Shown here in pieces: positions 60,427-64,000 of a stretch of 64,000 nt of DNA. The position numbers and the translations under genes are program-made. This DNA is from Syntrophales bacterium (GTDB lineage: Bacteria; Desulfobacterota; Syntrophia; Syntrophales; UBA2210), in NCBI GenBank assembly GCA_963662405.2, contig CAXXKT010000001.1:1376001-1440000 (forward strand). The letters run 5' to 3'. Below the pieces are notes generated by a model. It did no database searches. It was not told the origin of the DNA and worked only from the letters and a program-made list of their open reading frames with translations. The first letter of the stretch is position 1, and every line of letters starts with the position of its first letter.

Positions 60427-61275
60427 TTGAAAGTTTCATACTATCCAGGATGTTCGCTCCACGCCACGGGGAAGGAATATGACCAGTCGGTAAAGGCCGT
60501 CAGCGATGCCTTGGGGATCGAGCTGCAGGAGGTCGATGACTGGTCCTGCTGTGGTGCTTCGTCGGCCCATATGACCAATTTTAAACTGTCCGTTGCCCTT
60601 CCGGCGCGCAATATCATCGCCGCTCAGAAGGACAAGCTGGACGTGATGATTCCCTGCGCCGCCTGTTTCAATCGTTTTAAGAGCGCCCAGCACCATCTGG
60701 AAGCGGATAGCGCGTTGAAGAGCGAGATAGAGGAGATTGTCGGCGGTGCGTACGACGGGAGCGTTTCCTTGCGCAACCCGATAGACATTATTTACAACGA
60801 TATAGGACTCGAAAAGCTGAGTGAGGCGGTCACAAAAAAGCTTGAGGGCCTGAAGCCGGTCTCCTATTATGGGTGCCTCCTCCTGCGTCCCCCTGAAATA
60901 TGCCAATTCGATGACTACGAAAATCCCTATATGTTGGACGGCATCATGAATGCGCTGGGGGCCGATGCCCGCAACTGGTCTTGTAAAACGGATTGTTGCG
61001 GCGGGAGTCTGACCCTGAGCAAGACCGATATCGTCGTCCGACTCGTGGATAAGATGATGCAGATGGCTTCGGAGGCGGGCGCGAACTGTATCGTGACGGC
61101 CTGTCCGGTCTGTTTTGCCAACCTGGATACGCGGGCCAGTGAGCAGGGGCGGCTTCCGGCGTTCTACTTTACCGAGATCATTGCCCTTGCCCTGGGTCTG
61201 AAAGGGCCTGAATCGTGGTTCAAGATGCACAATGTCGACCCGATGCCCCTTCTGTCATCGCTGGGGTTGCTGTAG
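60427..61275 (+). CDS. hdrB: heterodisulfide reductase subunit B
   Basis: YYPGCSLH and two CCG domains (WSCCGA, DCCGG, TACPVC). Confidence 0.92.
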   Translation: MKVSYYPGCSLHATGKEYDQSVKAVSDALGIELQEVDDWSCCGASSAHMTNFKLSVALPARNIIAAQKDKLDVMIPCAACFNRFKSAQHHLEADSALKSEIEEIVGGAYDGSVSLRNPIDIIYNDIGLEKLSEAVTKKLEGLKPVSYYGCLLLRPPEICQFDDYENPYMLDGIMNALGADARNWSCKTDCCGGSLTLSKTDIVVRLVDKMMQMASEAGANCIVTACPVCFANLDTRASEQGRLPAFYFTEIIALALGLKGPESWFKMHNVDPMPLLSSLGLL

Positions 61276-61319
61276 GGTCTTTACATTTCATACAATAAAC
61301 GAGGCAACTAAGGGAAGAT

Positions 61320-62345
61320 ATGGAAAAGAGAGTCATAAAGAAAGACGCCTTGGCCGGGATAATCACAAAGATGGCGGAAAGCATGGTGGTATATGCCCCC
61401 GTCCGGGATGAGGACAACGTCCTCTTCAAGGTCCTGGAGGAGGGGATGGAGCCGCTCCTGGATTTCGATAATACGAAGAATGCCCCGAAGAACTTCTTTT
61501 TCCCCCAGACCGAAGTGATGATGCGGTACCTGGGTAAGGAGAGAGGAAAAGAACTTTCCACCGCGGAGGCGGAGGCGTCGGAGGCGGTGCTCTTCGGTGT
61601 CCGTCCCTGCGATGCCAGGAGCTTTGTCCTGCTCGATAATATCTTTAACGATCCGAAATACCAGGATCCCTACTATGTCGACCGCCGGGAGAAGACAACG
61701 ATCGTCTCCCTTGCCTGTGTCCGGCCGCCCTACACCACCTGTTTCTGTACCTCCGTGGATGGCCATCCCTTCTCGTCGGAGGGGGCCGATGTCAGTCTCA
61801 TCGATATGGGAGACAGTTACCTCGCCGAGTTCGTGACCCCCAAAGGGGAAGAGTTCCTGAAGAAGATGGGCGATCTCCCGGCCGCGGATGAGGCCCTTGA
61901 GGCCAAGAAACAGGAACTGTCCACAGCTGCTGAAAAGGAAGTCAACGGGTCGGTGCCGGCCCGTGCGATAAAACCGTGGATGGACGAAAACTTTGAGCAT
62001 CCCTTCTGGGATACGATCCATCAGAGCTGCCTCGCCTGCGGGACCTGTACGTATCTCTGTCCGACCTGCCACTGTTTCGATATCACCGATGAGGTGAAGA
62101 AAGAGGACGGCCGCCGGATTCGCTCGTGGGATTCCTGTATGTCATGGCTCTTCACGATGGAGACCTCGGGACACAACCCCCGTCCTTCTCAGATGCAACG
62201 ATGGCGGCAACGGGCGATGCACAAGTTTAAGTATTTCGCGGACAACTTTGATGCCGTCGCCTGTGTCGGCTGCGGTCGTTGCGTGATGTATTGCCCGGTG
62301 AATATCGATATACGAAAGATCGTAACAGACATTTCTAACCTATAG
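61320..62345 (+). CDS. FlxB-like 4Fe-4S protein (AsrA/HydB family)
   Basis: GVRPCD, CLACGTCTYLCPTCHCF, CVGCGRCVMYCP. Confidence 0.85.
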   Translation: MEKRVIKKDALAGIITKMAESMVVYAPVRDEDNVLFKVLEEGMEPLLDFDNTKNAPKNFFFPQTEVMMRYLGKERGKELSTAEAEASEAVLFGVRPCDARSFVLLDNIFNDPKYQDPYYVDRREKTTIVSLACVRPPYTTCFCTSVDGHPFSSEGADVSLIDMGDSYLAEFVTPKGEEFLKKMGDLPAADEALEAKKQELSTAAEKEVNGSVPARAIKPWMDENFEHPFWDTIHQSCLACGTCTYLCPTCHCFDITDEVKKEDGRRIRSWDSCMSWLFTMETSGHNPRPSQMQRWRQRAMHKFKYFADNFDAVACVGCGRCVMYCPVNIDIRKIVTDISNL

Positions 62346-62360
62346 TTTGTGGAGATACCG

Positions 62361-63200
62361 ATGCAGAACCCATACATACCGATACCCGTAGTTGTGGACA
62401 AGATTATCACGGAGGTAACGACGAAGGACATCAAGACCTTTCGTTTTACCTTTGTGAACAAGGAGGATGAGGAGCGTTTTTCTTACCTGCCCGGTCAGTT
62501 TGGTGAGCTTTCGATATTCGGCAAGGGTGAATCGCCGATCGGGATTGCCTCCTCGCCGACGCAGCCCGGTTATCTGGAGTTTACGGTCCAGAAGGCGGGG
62601 GTGGTGACATCGGAGCTTCACAGCATCGAGGAGGGGTTCCGGATGGGGGTGCGAGGTCCCCTGGGGAACACGTGGCCGATCGACTATCTGAAGGGGAAGA
62701 ACATCGTGATCGTGGGGGGCGGTTTTGCCTTTACGACGCTGCGGTCCCTTCTCAACTACATGATCCACGAGGACAACCGTTCGGACTTCGGGAAGATCAC
62801 GGTGGTGTACGGGGCCCGTGAGCCGGGGCTGTTGATCTACAAGGACGAGCTGGCGGCCTGGGAGGCCCGGGACGATGTGGACATGAACGTGACGGTGGAC
62901 AAGGGAGACGAGGGCTGGACGGGGCGTGAGGGATTCGTTCCGGCGGTCTGCGGGGAGGTAGCTCCCAGTTCGGAGAACGCGGTGGCGGTAATCTGCGGTC
63001 CCCCGATCATGATCCGTTTTACGCTGCCGGTCTTTTTCGACCTCGGTTTTTCGAAGGAGAACATCTACACGTCGCTCGAGATGCGGATGAAGTGCGGGAT
63101 CGGCAAGTGCGGTCGGTGTAACGTGGGGAACAAATACGTCTGCAAGGACGGGCCGGTCTTCTCTCTGGCCGAGCTGGACCAGTTGACGAAAGAGTACTAA
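62361..63200 (+). CDS. FlxA-like FAD/NAD-binding [2Fe-2S] subunit (AsrB/PyrK family)
   Basis: PGQF, RGPLGN, VGGG, ICGPPIM, MKCGIGKCGRC...CKDGPVF. Confidence 0.87.
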   Translation: MQNPYIPIPVVVDKIITEVTTKDIKTFRFTFVNKEDEERFSYLPGQFGELSIFGKGESPIGIASSPTQPGYLEFTVQKAGVVTSELHSIEEGFRMGVRGPLGNTWPIDYLKGKNIVIVGGGFAFTTLRSLLNYMIHEDNRSDFGKITVVYGAREPGLLIYKDELAAWEARDDVDMNVTVDKGDEGWTGREGFVPAVCGEVAPSSENAVAVICGPPIMIRFTLPVFFDLGFSKENIYTSLEMRMKCGIGKCGRCNVGNKYVCKDGPVFSLAELDQLTKEY

Positions 63201-63223
63201 AATATAGTTGGGCACAACGCGAG

Positions 63224-63251
63224 AAAAGCGGAGGTTCCCTCCGCTTTTTTT
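63224..63251 (+). terminator. intrinsic terminator of the hdr-flx operon
   Basis: AAAAGCGGAGG-TTC-CCTCCGCTTTTTTT. Confidence 0.85.
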
Positions 63252-63486
63252 CGTTTATGACACGTACCTTTCGCGGGCCTCACGGGCGGTGCGAGGTACC
63301 CATCGATTTACTCCCGCCGACAGAGTGCATGGACCAGCAGGGGGCGCAAAGCCCGAATCGCGGATCCCCATGGTCTGGATGTGGGGATAATGATTGCATA
63401 CGGTTTGTTGATTCAGTATGATAAGAGGGATTGAGTCCTTGATGGCACGGAATGAAACGGCGGGAGAACGTGAGGGAGATGAATAG

Positions 63487-64000
63487 ATGGCGGGACCGGT
63501 GACACCTTATCTTGAAATATCACAGGCAATCGAAGAGGCCGGTGGAGAGGCGTTGAAAAAGTGCTACCAGTGCGGGACCTGCACCGGGACCTGCCCGTGG
63601 AGCGCACTGACCGATTTCAACATCCGGAAGCTGATCCGGCAGGGACAGTTCGGTTTTGACGGGATCGAGGAGTTCATGTGGGACTGCTCCACCTGTAACT
63701 ATTGCGTGTCACGATGCCCCCGCGGTGTGGAGATCATCGATATCGTCCGGGCGGTACGCCGGGTCTATGCGGAGGGAGGACTTCTTCCCGAGAGTCTCCG
63801 TGTTTTTGTGGGCAGTCTCTCGGCGCGGGGCAATCCCTGGTCGGGCGATGGGAATAAACGAAACGACTGGTGTCAGGACGGCTGTCCCGTCCATGAAATT
63901 GGAATGGAGTATCTCTATTTCACCTGCTGTACGGTCTGCTACGATCCACGGAACATCCGGGTGGCCCGGGCCACGGCAGCCCTCCTCAACCGTGCGGGGA
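63487..64000 (+). CDS. HdrD/BamD-like Fe-S oxidoreductase (partial, runs off the window)
   Basis: Not in the ORF track. Manual translation gives MAGPVTPY...KCYQCGTCTGTCPW...WDCSTCNYCVSRCPRGV...GNPW...LYFTCCTVCYDPR, open to the window end. Confidence 0.85.
   Translation, partial: MAGPVTPYLEISQAIEEAGGEALKKCYQCGTCTGTCPWSALTDFNIRKLIRQGQFGFDGIEEFMWDCSTCNYCVSRCPRGVEIIDIVRAVRRVYAEGGLLPESLRVFVGSLSARGNPWSGDGNKRNDWCQDGCPVHEIGMEYLYFTCCTVCYDPRNIRVARATAALLNRAG

Overview
This 64 kb window is bacterial chromosome. Gene content (Hdr-Flx electron-bifurcation cluster, spd-type EF-G, zapB-zapA-6S-rny-ymdB-tyrS block, acyl-CoA metabolism) suggests an anaerobic Desulfobacterota/Syntrophales-like organism; this is an inference. 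Left part: end of an ABC ATPase gene, an acyl-CoA ligase, a MocR regulator facing a PLP decarboxylase-PhzF-GNAT(pseudo) operon, efp/epmA, and a minus-strand type II secretion operon (gspI-J-K-L-M-N-C-exeA-exeB-like-D-E). The operon has no gspF/G/H in the window, and gspN is frameshifted. Middle (about 20-43 kb) is an accessory region. It holds three lipoprotein carboxylesterase genes that share an N-terminal non-catalytic module, one of them a broken double-hydrolase fusion. It also holds a sigma-54 activator with palindromic enhancer sites, a -24/-12 promoter and an 8-bp VNTR; an intact and a deleted copy of an LhgO-family gene bracketing about 8.6 kb; an IS256 remnant; a toxin-antitoxin cassette flanked by 31-bp REP-like direct repeats; and a complete IS110/IS621-type element whose bridge-RNA guides match its own donor ends and its insertion site. 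Right part: fusA, the zapA/6S/rny block, tyrS, a ClC channel, engB, an hdrL-flxD-flxC-hdrC-hdrB-flxB-flxA operon, and a truncated HdrD/BamD-like gene. No tRNA, rRNA or CRISPR array was seen. All calls come from reading motifs by eye; no database searches were run.
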